From: Octopus sinensis
Lineage: Eukaryota
Direction: 5' to 3'
Assembly (NCBI RefSeq): GCF_006345805.1
Contig: NC_043014.1
Location: 11,408,001 to 11,472,000, forward strand
DNA length: 64,000 nucleotides
In this document: positions 1-14,397 of the stretch, in pieces
How the letters are laid out: every line of letters begins with the position of its first letter
How positions within the stretch are numbered: position 1 is the stretch's first letter
The notes under the pieces: model-generated
The model's database searches: none
Seen by the model: only the letters and a program-made list of their open reading frames with translations
What the model was told of the DNA's origin: nothing
Program-made: the position numbers and the translations under genes

Positions 1-19
1 GTGGGTTCCAAACATAAAG

Positions 20-67
<48 letters not shown>

Positions 68-1429
68 TATTATATATACATATACATATAATGTTCATAT
101 ATACATGTGTGTGTATGTGTGTCTGTAAACCACTCCTACAAAATTGGCGGGTAAGTAATGATATGATAGGCCCCAAGCAACCACTTAGTGAGTTAGGAGT
201 TTTACAGAAGAAAAACAAAAGAAATCTCTTGAGAAACTGTCCCAAGAATGATAAAACAATCAACGCAAGAAATTTAAGACTTAGGATGATATTTATGAGA
301 GGGCCGAAAAGGAAGAGAGTTTCACAGGACAGAAATGCGAGGAAAGAAATTTCTGGAGTAGAAACACAGAAGGAGCGGCAACTATGGTGAAAGTATGTGA
401 AACTAGCAGAAAAGTGAATGGAACTTATAGAGATGAAGAATTCGCTCAGAGTAAAAATAATTCTTGCTTATTTTGGTACAAGGTCAACAATTTGAGGAGC
501 GGTGGGGCAAGTTAATTTCTTTGACCCCTGGGCTCAACTGGTACTGGTATTTATTTTATTAACCCTGAGAGGGTCCTCGGTGGAATTTGAGTTCACTATG
601 AGTAAAAATAATGTCAAGTTTAATGAAGAGAACCATCTTTCATAGAGCTTGATTTAATCGAAGGACTAATTTGGTAATTCCAAGCAAGATCTGCAGAATA
701 AGTTCAACGTAAAAGACGATTCCAGTCTTCGTCGTTTACGTTGGACTTATTCTGGAAGAAGAAGAGTGTCAGATACAGAAATAAGAATATCACCAGTGGC
801 TTGTAAGAAAACATTTTAGTTTTCAATCATTCGAAAGTAACTAACCACTGAGTACTCTGATCAGCAACCGTTCAAGCAGTGGAAAACCAAGTATTTTCAC
901 TCGAGCAGACCAATCAGAATTCTCATTCAAAAAAGAATACGAAAGTATATATGTATATAAGAATGTATATATATTTAAAAATATATATATAAAATGTAGA
1001 TATTTTTATTATATATCTCAATTAAATATCCTTGTCAGGTATTGCCAAACCGTTCACCTTTTCATTGATGCTATAATCCAAACATACTGGCTCAAGGAGA
1101 GGCCACTTCTAGCCGCTTTAAAAAGGTAGTCACAAAATCACATGTTCAACTGCAGTTTAAACCGAAATTTTAGTGGCACTCAGAGCACAGTGTGAGCACT
1201 CAGAGTGCATACTTATTAGTTTGCACTCCTCGTATCTTATATACGGAGTATATTGGAATAAACATATAATGTATACATGTATATAAGGATATACATATAT
1301 TACATATATATATATATAAGAATGCAAAGTATATATTTATATAAGAACTAAAGTATATGTGTATATTAGAATGCACATATATTGTATATATGTATATAAG
1401 AATATATATTCTCATAGAAATAGTATATG

Positions 1430-1815
1430 TTCGGATATAAGAAAATCGTCAGGGAAATTCAGAGGGGAATTAGGGTAGCTGAACAATGACAAACCATTGA
1501 CGACAACTTTTTCAGTAATAACACAAGGAAAGCATTCCAAGAAGCAAAAGATCTCACCAAAGAATTTAAACCGAAAATAAACACCATCAAAGATAAAACT
1601 GGAGTGGAGAAGCTTGTAGAAAGAAAAATGATGGAATGATGGATACAAATACCACAGCAGCAGAGATCCTAGCGTGCTGAGCGAAGAGGAATCTTCCAAT
1701 GATAATTACTGCCTAATCGTGTAAGAGGAAGTCAAAGCTGCAGTCCCTGAAAAGCAGAAAGTCGGTAGAAATCGACAGTTTCATTGCTGAACCGCTGAAG
1801 CATGGAGAAGAAACC
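1430..1815 (+). mobile_element. RTE-clade LINE fragment (endonuclease-RT linker)
   Basis: Frameshifted peptides NNTRKAFQEAKDLTKEFKPKINTIKDKTG and REEVKAAV-SLKSRKSVEIDSFIAE.LKHGEE resemble the RTE linker and the start of RT. Confidence 0.6.
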
Positions 1816-2022
1816 AAAAGTTATATCATAACAAACAAAAAAAAAAGAGGGAGCGAGAGAGATCAAAAAAGATATCATTACGATCCTCTGCTGTGAAATC
1901 TAGCAGATTGTGAATGGTGTGTGTGTATGTATTTATGTATGTATTATGTCTGTATGTTTGTATGTATGTATGTATGCACGTATATATGTATGTGTATGTA
2001 TGTATGTATGTATGTATGTATG

Positions 2023-2053
<31 letters not shown>

Positions 2054-2117
2054 GTGTATATATGTAAGAGTATAAATATGCGTGTACGTGCATGTATGTT
2101 TGTAGATAGGTAGATAT

Positions 2118-2537
2118 ACTCTTTTATTCTTTTTTACTCTTTTACTTGTTTCAGTCATTTGACTGCGGCCATGCTGGAGCACCGCCTTTAGTCGAGCAAA
2201 TCGACCCCAGGACTTATTCTTTGTAAGCCTAGTATTTATTCTATCGGTGTCTTTTACCGACCCGCTAAATTACGGGGACGTAAACTTACCAGCATCGGTT
2301 GTCAAGCGATGTTGTGGGGACAAACACAGACACACAAACGTATACACACACACACACACATATATATATACATATATACGACGGGCTTCTTTCGGTTTCC
2401 GTCTACCAAATCCACTCGCAAGGCTTTGGTCGGCCCGAGGCTAGAGTAGAAGACACTTGCCCAAGGTGCCACACAGTGGGACTGAACCCGGAACAATGTG
2501 GTTAGTAAGCAAGCTACTTACCACACAGCCACTCCTA
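2118..2537 (-). mobile_element. SINE family A (tRNA-like head, CORE-like ccttgggcaagt domain), near full length
   Basis: Head ggagtggctgtgtggtaag...ggttcagtccc and tail gactgaaacaagtaaaagag. About 20 further copies or fragments, e.g. 3797-4400+, 16965-17360-, 29385-29660+, 33395-33820+, 34450-34860+, 36160-37020-, 37355-37740-, 39685-40075+, 41940-42320-, 42435-42870+, 55655-55880+. Confidence 0.85.
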
Positions 2538-3414
2538 CACACACACACACACACATACACACAAAACACTCCGGGTGAAATTGACTGCGGATTTTAATTT
2601 TCCTTTCGAATTTTAGATACGAATGAAGTTTCTATTTCCATTGTTGGTCTTCACTTCATTCAGCTGCTTATTACATTTTATTTATCTAAATTATCTCTGT
2701 TATAATTCCAGCTCTAACTCAACGTAATACATTTACAAGGAGAAACCATTCTAGTTGCTTCGTATAATTTATTGTACATTCTGTCCTGCTCTCATATTTC
2801 CAGAGAAAAAGACATATGGTGAAACATATGGCAAAAGATAACGAATGATAGTGATCGCTCAGTGTGTGTGTGTGTGTGTGTGTGTGTGTTGTGTGTGTGT
2901 GTGTATGTATGTGTGTGTGTATGTATGTATGTGTGTGTATGTGTGTGTGTATGTGTGTGTATGTATGTATGTGTGTGTGTATATGTGTGTGTGTATGTGT
3001 GTGTGTATGTATGTATGTGTGTGTGTATATATATATGTGTGTGTGTGTGTGTGTTATGTTGGGCGTTCCTCGTAATTCATTCACCTATTCCTGTCTGATT
3101 ATCTCTCTTCAGGAAGGCATAAATGTATATAAAAATGCAGTTTATGACATCGAATTCACATGGTTATTAGATGACTGACGTTTTGACTAATTGGTTCCCT
3201 TTCAGGGGTCGGTAAAATAAATATCAGTTGAATGCTGGGGTCGATGTAATCGATAAGCCGCTTCCTCTCAAAAACTATTGGTCTTATGAAACCATCGTTG
3301 CGAAAATAATTCAAATCTTTAAGAAATATATACAAGTACACTGTTACAAACACATGCAGAAATGCATGCGTTTGCACTTTCACACACATAACGCACACAT
3401 ATATAATCACATAC

Positions 3415-3641
3415 GGCGGCGTTGGTAGACTCGTTAGCGTGCCGGGCGAAATGCTTAGCGGTATTTCGTCTGTCGCTACGTTCTGAGTTCAAATTCCGCC
3501 GAGGTCGACTTTACCTTTCATCCTTTCGGGGTCGATAAATAAAGTACCAGTTTCGCACTGGGGTCGATGTAATCGACTTAATCCCTTTGTCTGTCCTTGT
3601 TTGTCCCCTCTATGTTTAGCCCCTTGTGGGCAATAAAGAAA
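3415..3641 (+). mobile_element. SINE family B (tRNA-like head, central tttcatcctttcggggtcgataaa domain) with 16-bp TSD
   Basis: TSD atatataatcacatac at 3399-3414 and 3643-3658. Other copies at about 18145-18510, 18608-18750, 53820-54055, 54620-54850 and 63475-63580. Confidence 0.85.
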
Positions 3642-4417
3642 TATATATAATCACATACACATATATAAGGCACAAACACATATATAACATATACATATAT
3701 ATAACGGACATATATATACATACATAACGTACACATGTATAAGACAGATGTTGATATATAACTTACACGCACATGTGATGCACACACATACACATAGGCT
3801 CAGGAGTGGCTGTGTGTTAAGAAGCTTGCTTAGCAACCACATGGTTCCGGGTTCAGTCCCACTGCGTGGCACCTTGGGTAAGTGTTTTCAACTATAGCCT
3901 CAGGCCGACCAAAGCCTTGTGAGTGGATTTAGTAGATGGAAACTGAAGGAAGCCTGTCCTATATGTGTGTGTGGTGTGTGTGTGTGTGTGTGTGTTTGTG
4001 TGTCTGTGTTTGTCTCCCCAACATCGCTTGACAACCGATGCTGGAGTGGCTGGTTCCGGGTTCAGTTCCACTGCGTGGCACCGTGGGCAAGTGTCTTCTG
4101 TTATAGCCTCGGGTCGACCAAAGCCTTGTGAGTGTATTTGGTAGACGGAAACTGAAAGAAGCCCGTCCTATATATAAATATGTATATATATGTATGTATT
4201 TATGTTTCTGTGTGTGTCCGCCTACCATCACGTGACAAGTGATGCTGGTATGTTTACGTCCCCGTAACTTAGCGGTTCGGCAAAAAAGACTGATCGAATA
4301 AGTACTAGGCCTGCAAAGAATAAGTCCTGGAGTCGATTTGCTCGACTGAAGGCAGTACTCCAGCATGGCCGCAGTCAACTGCCTGAAACAAGTTAAAAGA
4401 ATATTAACGCGCACACT

Positions 4418-4639
4418 TACGAGAGGGTGCTGAAAAGTTCCTGACTTTAAAGGTGTCGTGAAAGGCCATGCTGGAGGCCCAACCTTCCGAGTTCTTTAAC
4501 AGGGCTTAGAAAAACTGAAGGGCCGCTATTAATAAGTGTGTGAATCTGTAAGGGGGACATGTTGGATAAAGTTGGAATTAACTGATCCCCTTATATTTTC
4601 TTTTATCCAAAGCCGGGATCTTTTCAACGCCTCTTCGTA
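4418..4639 (+). mobile_element. Mariner-derived MITE
   Basis: TA-flanked TIRs (cgagagggtgctgaaaagttcc ... gggatcttttcaacgcctcttcg). Internal remnant QGLEKLKGRY.NKCVNL resembles the mariner transposase C-terminus. Confidence 0.7.
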
Positions 4640-6834
4640 TATATAACGCATGTGCATATATAACGGACACACACACATATTACACACCCACGCATAACGT
4701 ACGAACGAACGCACGCACATACACACATATACACGCACACATACATATAAAGCACATGCACATATGACGCGCACACACACACGCACATGCACACATACAC
4801 ACACATAACGAACACACACACACACATACATATAACGCACATGCACATATGACGCACACACACACACACACGCACATGGACACATACACACACATAACGC
4901 ACGCACACACATATGTAATGCACTTAGAAATATAACACACGTGCACTTATATGCGCATGTGTATGTTTTCTTTTACTTCGTGTATGTGTGTGTGAGAGAG
5001 AGAGAGAAAAAGAGAGAGAGAAAGAGAGAGAGACATAGAGAGAGACAGAGAGACAGAGACAGACAGAGACAGTGAAAGAGAAAGAAAGGGATAGAGTTGT
5101 TAGTTGTGTGTAACCCATGCGTTTGATTATTAAACCATTCTTCGCTTGTAACTTCCACTCCTTCGCCTTCAACCAGGCTATGTCATCCCAGTGGCTGTTT
5201 CCGGAGTTAATAACCCGTACATTGCCCTCACAACCTTTTCGTGTTTTCATTCCACATACTTCAGTATCCACACCCTCTTTGTTTTTCTTCTTTTCTTCGT
5301 CATATCTTCATTTCCAGTGCTAAGATCTGTTAGCAAAAACATCATAATTGTTCCGCTTCTATGACATTTGCTCTGTTTTACCATCGCAACAACTGTTTTT
5401 AATAACCAACAATGTCATTAGGCCTCCATCACCAAGGTACATTGGGTCCGTTACGAAGATAAGGCAAATGTCCGCCTAGATAACAAAGATAGCTCTAAAT
5501 TAACGCTAACTTCACTATCCTGGCAATGAACTACATTACTTATTAACCACTGTTTTAACGCTAACAGTATTTATTACGGAGATGTACTTGCGTAGCAAGT
5601 GACTTGATCTGAGATCGTGTGCTGAAACGAAAGCAATTGCAGCGTGGAAGGTGTTTGTAAGCCATTTAAGAAACACACAAAAGCCGTTCGATTCATTTCA
5701 ACATTTAAGTTTAATTTGTCAAAATATTTTCGTCGCTTTAAGACCGCGACCTGTTCACTGACAAAAATCCAGCACACCAACACCAAGACACATTAAGTTA
5801 TGTAGATAAGACAGCCGTCTCCTTACGAAAGTCTTTTATCTTTATTTAAGATGTTCATAAGATTGTCTTCAATGTCTAGGCTTGTTTTCGAACTTTTAGT
5901 TAGCCCTTGTTTTATACGCTCCTTTCAAATGTCTCAAGTTACTCAGGTGGTTGAAAAAAAGTTGATAATGTGCTGAAAATGTGTTGATAATGTGTTGATA
6001 TGATGTATGAATGCCGGGGAAACATGATGTGCACGGGACAGGCAATGGGTTAAGCCCGAGGACTCTTGAGGCCGGTTACTTGTAATTCAAAAGGCCAGTC
6101 TAGTCACATTCTGAATCACGCTCATTCTCCCTGATAACTACGTTAAGCGTACTTGTATCTGTGATATACTCAGCCACTTGCACGTTAATTTCACAAGCAG
6201 GCTGTTCCGTTGATCGGATCAACTGGAACACTCGTCGTCGTAACCGACGGAGAACCAGTAAGATTACTGTCCACAATTAAACCATCCAAGTCATTGATAT
6301 TATTTGACGTTACAGGAAGCTCTCCATATCTGGCCTAACTGTTATACATCTTTCTTGTTCAAACTAAACAGATCTAGCCCCTCACACCTACCCTACAAGG
6401 TCATTGTAAAAAGAATCACTCACATAATTGAAATTTCGCAGCTACGAGATAATGCAGGATTAATTCGACAGAGTAATCTAAATGCAATACGATTAAGTAT
6501 TTTCTCTTTTCCGAAGTGGAAAACTGCAAATTTTGACTCGTTTAACAACATTTAGGGGCGGGGCGGGATTCATCGAATCACAGAACATATATCGGACTAA
6601 AGGTCTTGTTTCGTTTCATACGGTATTGAATTTTTCAAAGGCTAAGGTTTATATATATGTTATTTTATTTGGTGAGGTTTACAAACGTCATTTATGTAAT
6701 TATTGATTAAAAGTGGGCCCAATACGGTTCCTTGAATCACACCTGTAAGTTTTCTTTCTTTCTATCTCTGTATCTCACTCTCCCTCACTCTCTCTCTCTC
6801 TCTCACTCTATCTATCTATATATATATGTATATA

Positions 6835-6867
<33 letters not shown>

Positions 6868-7715
6868 TGTTGTACCACTATTCTATAATTATACATATAT
6901 ATGTGTGTGTGTATGGGTGTATGTATGCATGTATAAGTGTAAATATGTATATGTTTGTGTATTCGTTGAAATATTGAAACTATAAAAATATTCTGACAAA
7001 GTACGTACTCACTCGTACGCACATGAGAACGTACGTATTCATTCTCTCTCCCTCTCTCTCTCTCTTTCTCTTTCTCTCTCTTTCTTTCTTTCTTTCTTTC
7101 TTACACACACACACACACACACATTTTTAAAGATATGTGTACAGGAAATGGATACCTATAATATTTCCTTATGAAGGAATACATACATTTCTATGCACAT
7201 ACATACATAAAAATATCTCAAAAAAAAACTCTTACACGTTTCTTTCTTGTGTCACAAAATCCACAAGATCCGAAAAAGCGAAAATACACAGATATCATTT
7301 TCTATCCTATAAGTTTATGCAAAAACTTTTGGGAACTATTACTATAATATTTGGTTGACGAATGAGTTTCAAGCTAAGTAATTACTGGTTAAAAAATCTT
7401 CCTTTATGTAATTTGAGAATATTCACTTTCTATTTTTTTAATGGCGTCTCATTTCACTAAGAATATCCATTGTCGGAATAGGATATATCTTACCTCTCTG
7501 CTTTGGATAATTAAATATGCAAAGAAGGAAAGACGGAAAGAAATAAGTTTTGCCTGTGTAAAAATAGCCTCCCTCGGCTAAACAGCTATTTGGTCGAATT
7601 ACCTTTTTCTGAAATACAAATATCTTTAATGCTATATATGTATACATATACGTATATCATACATACATATATATATATATTTATATATATATATTATATA
7701 TATAATATATATATA

Positions 7716-7809
<94 letters not shown>

Positions 7810-8149
7810 GTCTGTATATATCCGTTTTGTGTTGGGTACCGGAAGAATGAGTACTCGGTGCCATAGTAGAGATTAAATTCAGAATAGCAAGAGACTGACT
7901 CGACTAAAATAATATATGGATATATATCTGTGTGTGTGTATAAGCAATATATGTAAGTGTATATATATTATATACATGTGTACGTATGTGTGTGCATGCA
8001 TGTGTGAATACATACATGAATGTATACATAAATTCATACATACATACATAGTTAATCCTAACATGCACAAAAAGAAAACACAACAACGCGAGGACGTGGA
8101 ACAAGTCTAGTGTTGTTGGACGCTCAGGAAAGGAAAGAAAGAAGGAGGA

Positions 8150-8836
8150 TTTGCATACATACATACATACATACATACATACACGCACACATACATACAT
8201 ACACACACACACATACATACACACACACAACATACATACATACATACATACATTCATACCTACATACATACATACACCATCATACATACATACATACCTA
8301 CATACAACGCACACATACATACATACACACATACACACATAACATACATACACACACACCATACATACATACATACATACACAACACACACACAATACAT
8401 ACATACATACATACATACACACACACACCATACATACATACATACATACACCACACACATACATACATACATACCATACACACACACAACATACATACAT
8501 ACACACACACACATACATACATACATACTACACACACACACACACCACACACACTACATACATACATAACATACATACATACATACACACACACACACCA
8601 TACATACATACATACATACACACACACATACATACATACATACACACACACATACATACATACATACATACACACATACATACATACATACATACATACA
8701 TACATACATACATACATACACACACACATACATACATACATACATACATACACACATACATACATACACACACACATACATACATACATACATACATACA
8801 TACATACATACATACATACATACATACATACATACA
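8150..8836. repeat. Long (CATA)n/(CA)n compound microsatellite
   Basis: About 690 bp of ACAT/AC units; source of many spurious ORFs. Confidence 0.98.
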
Positions 8837-9588
8837 ATGCATATCAAATATCTTTGGCGCTAAAAGTCTATTTTAACTTCTTTTAAACTTTTAAAGAAAT
8901 ATTCAAATATATTTTTTAAAATTTGTTTTGTCTACAGTACTTAATTTCCTTGAAATAAAATCACACCAGATATATCTTAGGTTTACTGTTACTCGAGGGA
9001 ACACTAAATCTTAATAATGAAGATAATTTCTAAAAATAGTCATAAATTATACGCTGTGGTGTGAAGACGCGTGGCCTAGTGGTTAGAGGTTTTGCGCTCA
9101 CATTCGCAACGTCGTAGTTTCGATTCTCGGCCTGGGTAGTTCAACATGTTTTTGAGCAAAACATTTCACGTTGCTACAAAATGTTTCATTTCACGTTACT
9201 CAAATGTAAATATGTGACATTGCTCCAGACTGGGGAGTCCTTTTCTTTAAGGGTGGGGTTGGTGAATTTTTGGTCTCGATCAGCTTTTCATCTGTGAGTC
9301 CTGGGACCATATAAAGTACTTCATCTATGCATATTTTGTCTGTCTTCTTACCCTATTAGAGGGTTTAAGTAAAATTATACAAATGTGTCCAACTGATTAA
9401 AAAAATTCTATTTATTTATGTAACTGAGGATAGCCCTGCATTTAAATTGATGTAATGATTGCATTGCTCAATTAAATGGAGCCGCTTGAAACGATCGTAC
9501 TGCATCACCTATGGATATCCTGTTGCTTATTTTGATTTTATGCATATTTACATGTAGAGAAGGAGAGTATCAGACCGATAGCTTAGTA

Positions 9589-9790
9589 TACGAGGGATTG
9601 CTGAATGGTTCCTGATTTTAAGGGTTTCGAAAGTGTAGAGTCGTTATCTTTACAGAAGAGACACCCTTGTGGGGCAATTGCTTGTATGTATGTATGTATG
9701 TATGTACGGTTGTCCTACCTCCCTTGTAAAAGTAACAGCTCTACCCTTTCAATACCCTGAAAGCCAGAAACTTTTCAGCACCCCATCGTA
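9589..9790. mobile_element. Mariner-type MITE
   Basis: TA-cgagggattgctgaatggttcctg ... ccagaaacttttcagcaccccatcg-TA; same TIR family as 4418-4639. Confidence 0.65.
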
Positions 9791-9791
9791 A

Positions 9792-9867
<76 letters not shown>

Positions 9868-10772
9868 CCATGTACGTACACATTGATTCCATGTACAGTT
9901 TTTTTGCTCTATACCAGGTGTTCTCTTTTTCTGCCTATCCATTTTCGGAAACCCTGCTTGCTTGCCCTTTTTTTCTGCCCCTTTTCTCTTTATCCCTATA
10001 TCTGTCCTTATCTCTCTTCTCTCTCTCTCTCTCCTCTCTCTCTCTTTCTCTATCTATCTATCTCTCCCTCTCTCTGTTTCTCCACCTCTAGTTCTCTCTC
10101 TATCATTTCATGTTTTTCTTATCTCGCAGTATGTAAGCAACTGACATTGAGTTGCTGTTTAAGCTGTTATCTCCGTTTCAACTAATAAGGCATTTAATAT
10201 CAGGAAAAATAATTCCATATTAAGGTATTTTCCTTATTCCATGCGTCGTTGAGTTCATTAATTAGGTCTTGTAAAAGACTAACACTAATTGAACGTTGGA
10301 TGAACACATCTGATAAATTAGTGTTAAAGCTTTCTTCTTCGCTGGTCACGACACAAACTGCTGGTATACCTACCTACCTACCTACCTACCTACCTACCTA
10401 CCTACATACATACATACATACATACATACATACATACTACATACATACATACATACATACATACATACATACATGCACACATACAAATATATATATATAT
10501 ACATAAATATACATATGTGCGCGTGTGTGTGTGTGCTCGTGTACATATGTATACGTATTCATGTATGTACATATATGCATCTGTCCTGATTCCATTTAAG
10601 AGTGTATATGTGTGTGTGTGTGTGTGTATGTATTTGTATATATGTACGTGTGTATAAATATATACATATATATACACTCACACGCACATACACACATACA
10701 TTATATGTGTGTTTGTGTTTGTGTGTATGTGTGTGTGTATGTGTGTGTGTATGCGTGTGTGTTTGTGTGTGG

Positions 10773-11010
10773 AGGCGCGTGGCGTAGTGATTAGTGTGTT
10801 GAACTCATGATCGTAAGGTTGTGGTTTCGATTCCTGGACTGGGCGATGCGTTGTGTTCTTGAGCAAAACACTTCATTTTCCCATTGCTCCAGTCCGCTCA
10901 GCTGGCCAAAATGAGTAATCCTGCGACGGACCGACGTCCCGTCCAGGTGGGGAATTTCTACACCACTGAAACCGGGAAGTCGGCCCTTATGAGCCTGGGG
11001 AGCGCAACAC
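10773..11010 (+). mobile_element. SINE family C (tRNA-like head ggcgcgtggcgtagtg, ttgagcaagacacttt domain)
   Basis: Related copies or fragments at about 5990-6260, 9062-9200, 13385-13655, 15590-15890, 27040-27150, 37935-38225 (-) and 58045-58320, with variable 3' parts. Confidence 0.7.
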
Positions 11011-11574
11011 TCTAACTGCTTCTAGGCCACGCGCTTTCGCAAACACGGTGTAACGGAATGCTGTTAACTGGGACTGACTGTAATTTTACACACTGACAAA
11101 CACACACACACACACACAACACACACAGACATGTACACACAGACACAAACGCGCGCGCATTAGTAGTAAGTTTATTGTCTCACAACGACTATTAGCTTCA
11201 TCTTGGTGTAGCAATTACAGATCAGCCTCACCCTTCCACGTTACCCCCACGATAATTTCTAATCGTCTTCAGGTTACCTGGGGTGTAATGAAATCGTTTT
11301 TCAAATTACTCCCAGGAGCAGTTTGAAGGTAATTTCAGTATACCCCCACGATTTCAGGTTACACTCTACACAGCCTATTTATATTTAGTTAGATAATAAT
11401 AAAGGCACAAGGCTTGACATTTTAGGGCAGGGAGATAGTTAATTATATCGACCCCAGTGCGTAACTGGTACTTATTTCATCGACCCCGAAAGGTCGATGA
11501 AATAAGTACCTCAGAAGAAATATGTTTCTGGACATAAAGCCGGAATAAATGCCGCTAAGCATTTTGACCGGCGT

Positions 11575-11731
<157 letters not shown>

Positions 11732-11880
11732 TGGTATTTCTCCATATAGACTGGCCATAGAATTGAAGCAACGAAACATAGGTATGATTGTAGAGAACAA
11801 ACCGACAATTTAAAGTCATATGATAATTGAGTGAACATCGAGGAAACTGATATAAAATAGAGACAGTGCTTCATAGTAAA

Positions 11881-12120
11881 TATTATTTTATATGTGCATC
11901 TGAAAATCTAGTTTACTTGTTAATAGTTGCAAGATATGAAGAGAATTATATAGGACAAACTGGAATGTTCTTAAAAAAACGAATGAAACAATATCGACAG
12001 CAAATTAAGTTTCCTGGCTACAGACGTATATCTCTCGGCGATACATTAGCGAATTAATAAGGAGTTTGTGTTCACTGGAAAATATCGGTTTCAGTTCACG
12101 TTCTTTATTTTTCAGATATA
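11881..12120 (+). mobile_element. GIY-YIG endonuclease fragment, probably from a Penelope-like element
   Basis: FICASENLVYLL...ENYIGQTG..LKKRMKQYRQQI matches the GIY-YIG signature. Interrupted by stops, with no RT nearby. Confidence 0.65.
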
Positions 12121-14097
12121 TGTGTATGCATGTGTGTAACAGCAGACCCCGCAGGGAAAAACAAAAGACTCTCTTTGTTTCGATGTTTCTTCACGGGAGA
12201 AATGGAAATTTAGGTGCACTATCATTATTTCTTAATTAAGCTAATTTCCATGTCTTTTTGAGCTGAGCGAATAGAGTTTATTGCAGCTAATTGATATTTG
12301 CAGATATTTGATGTTCACTTAAAGCTTAATCCACCATGAAAAAGTAAGGAATTCCATTATGAAAATCAACAGTTTATTAAAGATGAAAACCTTCATAGCA
12401 ATATCTTCGTAGCAATCTCCAGGATATGTTGAAATAAATAGTGAATTTGATTATTTCTGTTGGATTTTCCTTGGACATGGCATAAAAAACAACCAATGTC
12501 TCAAAGGAGTGAGTGTCGTGGAGTTTAGTTACATCCAACAAACACTGAAGTTTTTCCCAAACTCCAGGGTTTTTATAACTGCTCAACTTGACTTTAAAGA
12601 ATCGAAATTACATACAAATATTCTTTAACTAATTCTTAGAATTCCTATATGAGCAGTTATATTAACCAATGGGAAAACGACAATAATATTTCTTCGGCAA
12701 CACGACATTACGTCATATTGCCAGCTACCACAAATTGGCGCACTTATTCAAAAATGGCTACTTGCTACATTTCTAATGATTTCAACGTCAAAGAAAAACC
12801 ACAGTATAGTTAAATATAGTGATTGGAAAAATATATTAAAGACTAGTTGAATTGAGCATGCAAGAAGAAAACTTCGAACATATACGTCCTTAGAAGTTAT
12901 CAGCTGAATTGTAGTATTCGCCATTGCTTATTGAAGGAAGTTTCTTCGTGTTCGAAGATCATGAAGAAGAGCGGTACGCCCTTAAGTGACTATATAAAGC
13001 GACCCTTGACACCGAAGGGCGTTTCTTCTTGCCTGCTTAGAGCTTTTAAAGTTACTTACTGGAGTAATTTGCGTTCTGTACAGAAATGCTGATAAAACAC
13101 ATCGAATGGTAAACTTCATGGAGGTTTCCACTGTAAGAAATCAGTTTCCAGATAAGAGAAACCATATGATGTGTATAAGTTACAACGACACGCCTAAGGT
13201 GGTCTGCAAACTTTCAGTTCACAGATTAGAAAGTTGGTTATTTATCTTGACTAACCTCTCCCACTCATGATCACACAAGTACATACGCAAACAGACATAC
13301 ACATAGACACACACATTCACACATACGTACGCACATCCACACTTATGTATGTACATATGTGATAAGTGAAGAAGGTGCACGATTGCTGCCAGGTCGTGAG
13401 TTCACTTCCCGGTGACGCTTTGTGTCCTTGAGCTAGACACTTTATTCCGCGTGGCTCCAGTCCACTCAGCTGGCAAAACTGAGGTATACCTGTATTTCAA
13501 AGGGCCAACCTCACCACATTCTTTGTCCCGATGAGTTTCCCTGATAACTACGTGTCTGTGGAGTGCTCAGCCATATGCACGTTATTTTCACGAGCAGGTT
13601 GTTCCGCTAATCGGATCGAGTGGAAGACTCGTCGTCGTAATCAACGGAGTGCCAGGGTTTTATTTTCACTTGTGTGAGACTGTTTTGTGGTATGTTTTTG
13701 TTTTCGTAATTGTCCTAACATTGAAAACCAAACAATTCTGTAAACACCAATGTGGTTAATTCTTGTAACTTTTGGCATTTCTAGAACCAAATACAAAACT
13801 GTTTCAAGGAAATTGGTTAGATGGATTCTTTTTTTTTTTTTACTTCTGTTGGATTTTAGAGGGTAATTAAAACATAAAGAACGTTCAATCTATTATCTTC
13901 AGGATCTACATAAACAATTAGTTTGTGTCAGATTAAATTTTTCGCCATGCCTTCACACGATAGACTCAGGTATGGCTGTGTGGATGAGAAGTTCGGTTCG
14001 CAACCACGTCTAACCCATGCGGGTGTGAAAAAGTGGCTGTTAAAACGCCAGCAACTATGATGTTGAGGAGGAGAACGACGACGACACACAGGACACA

Positions 14098-14129
<32 letters not shown>

Positions 14130-14155
14130 CAACGATGATGATGATGATGATGATA

Positions 14156-14187
<32 letters not shown>

Positions 14188-14310
14188 GATGATAACGATG
14201 TTGATGATGATGACAACGATGATGATGATGATAGTGTTGATGATGATGACGATGATGATGATTATGATGAATGATGATGACGATGATGATTATGATGATG
14301 ACGATGATGG

Positions 14311-14343
<33 letters not shown>

Positions 14344-14397
14344 CGATGATGATGACGATGATGATGATGATGATGATGATAATGATGATGATGATGA
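14098..14397. repeat. (GAT)n microsatellite
   Basis: About 100 degenerate GAT units. Confidence 0.98.

Noticed and set aside
170-430. Possible RTE endonuclease remnant (SRNTEG-like word)
   Set aside because: Too degenerate to call without a search.
3110-3178. Good plus-strand acceptor followed by EGINVYKNAVYDIEFTWLLDD*
   Set aside because: No recognisable homology and no partner exons.
3415-3500. tRNA genes
   Set aside because: The tRNA-like A/B boxes are SINE heads continuing into SINE bodies; no complete cloverleaf was found.
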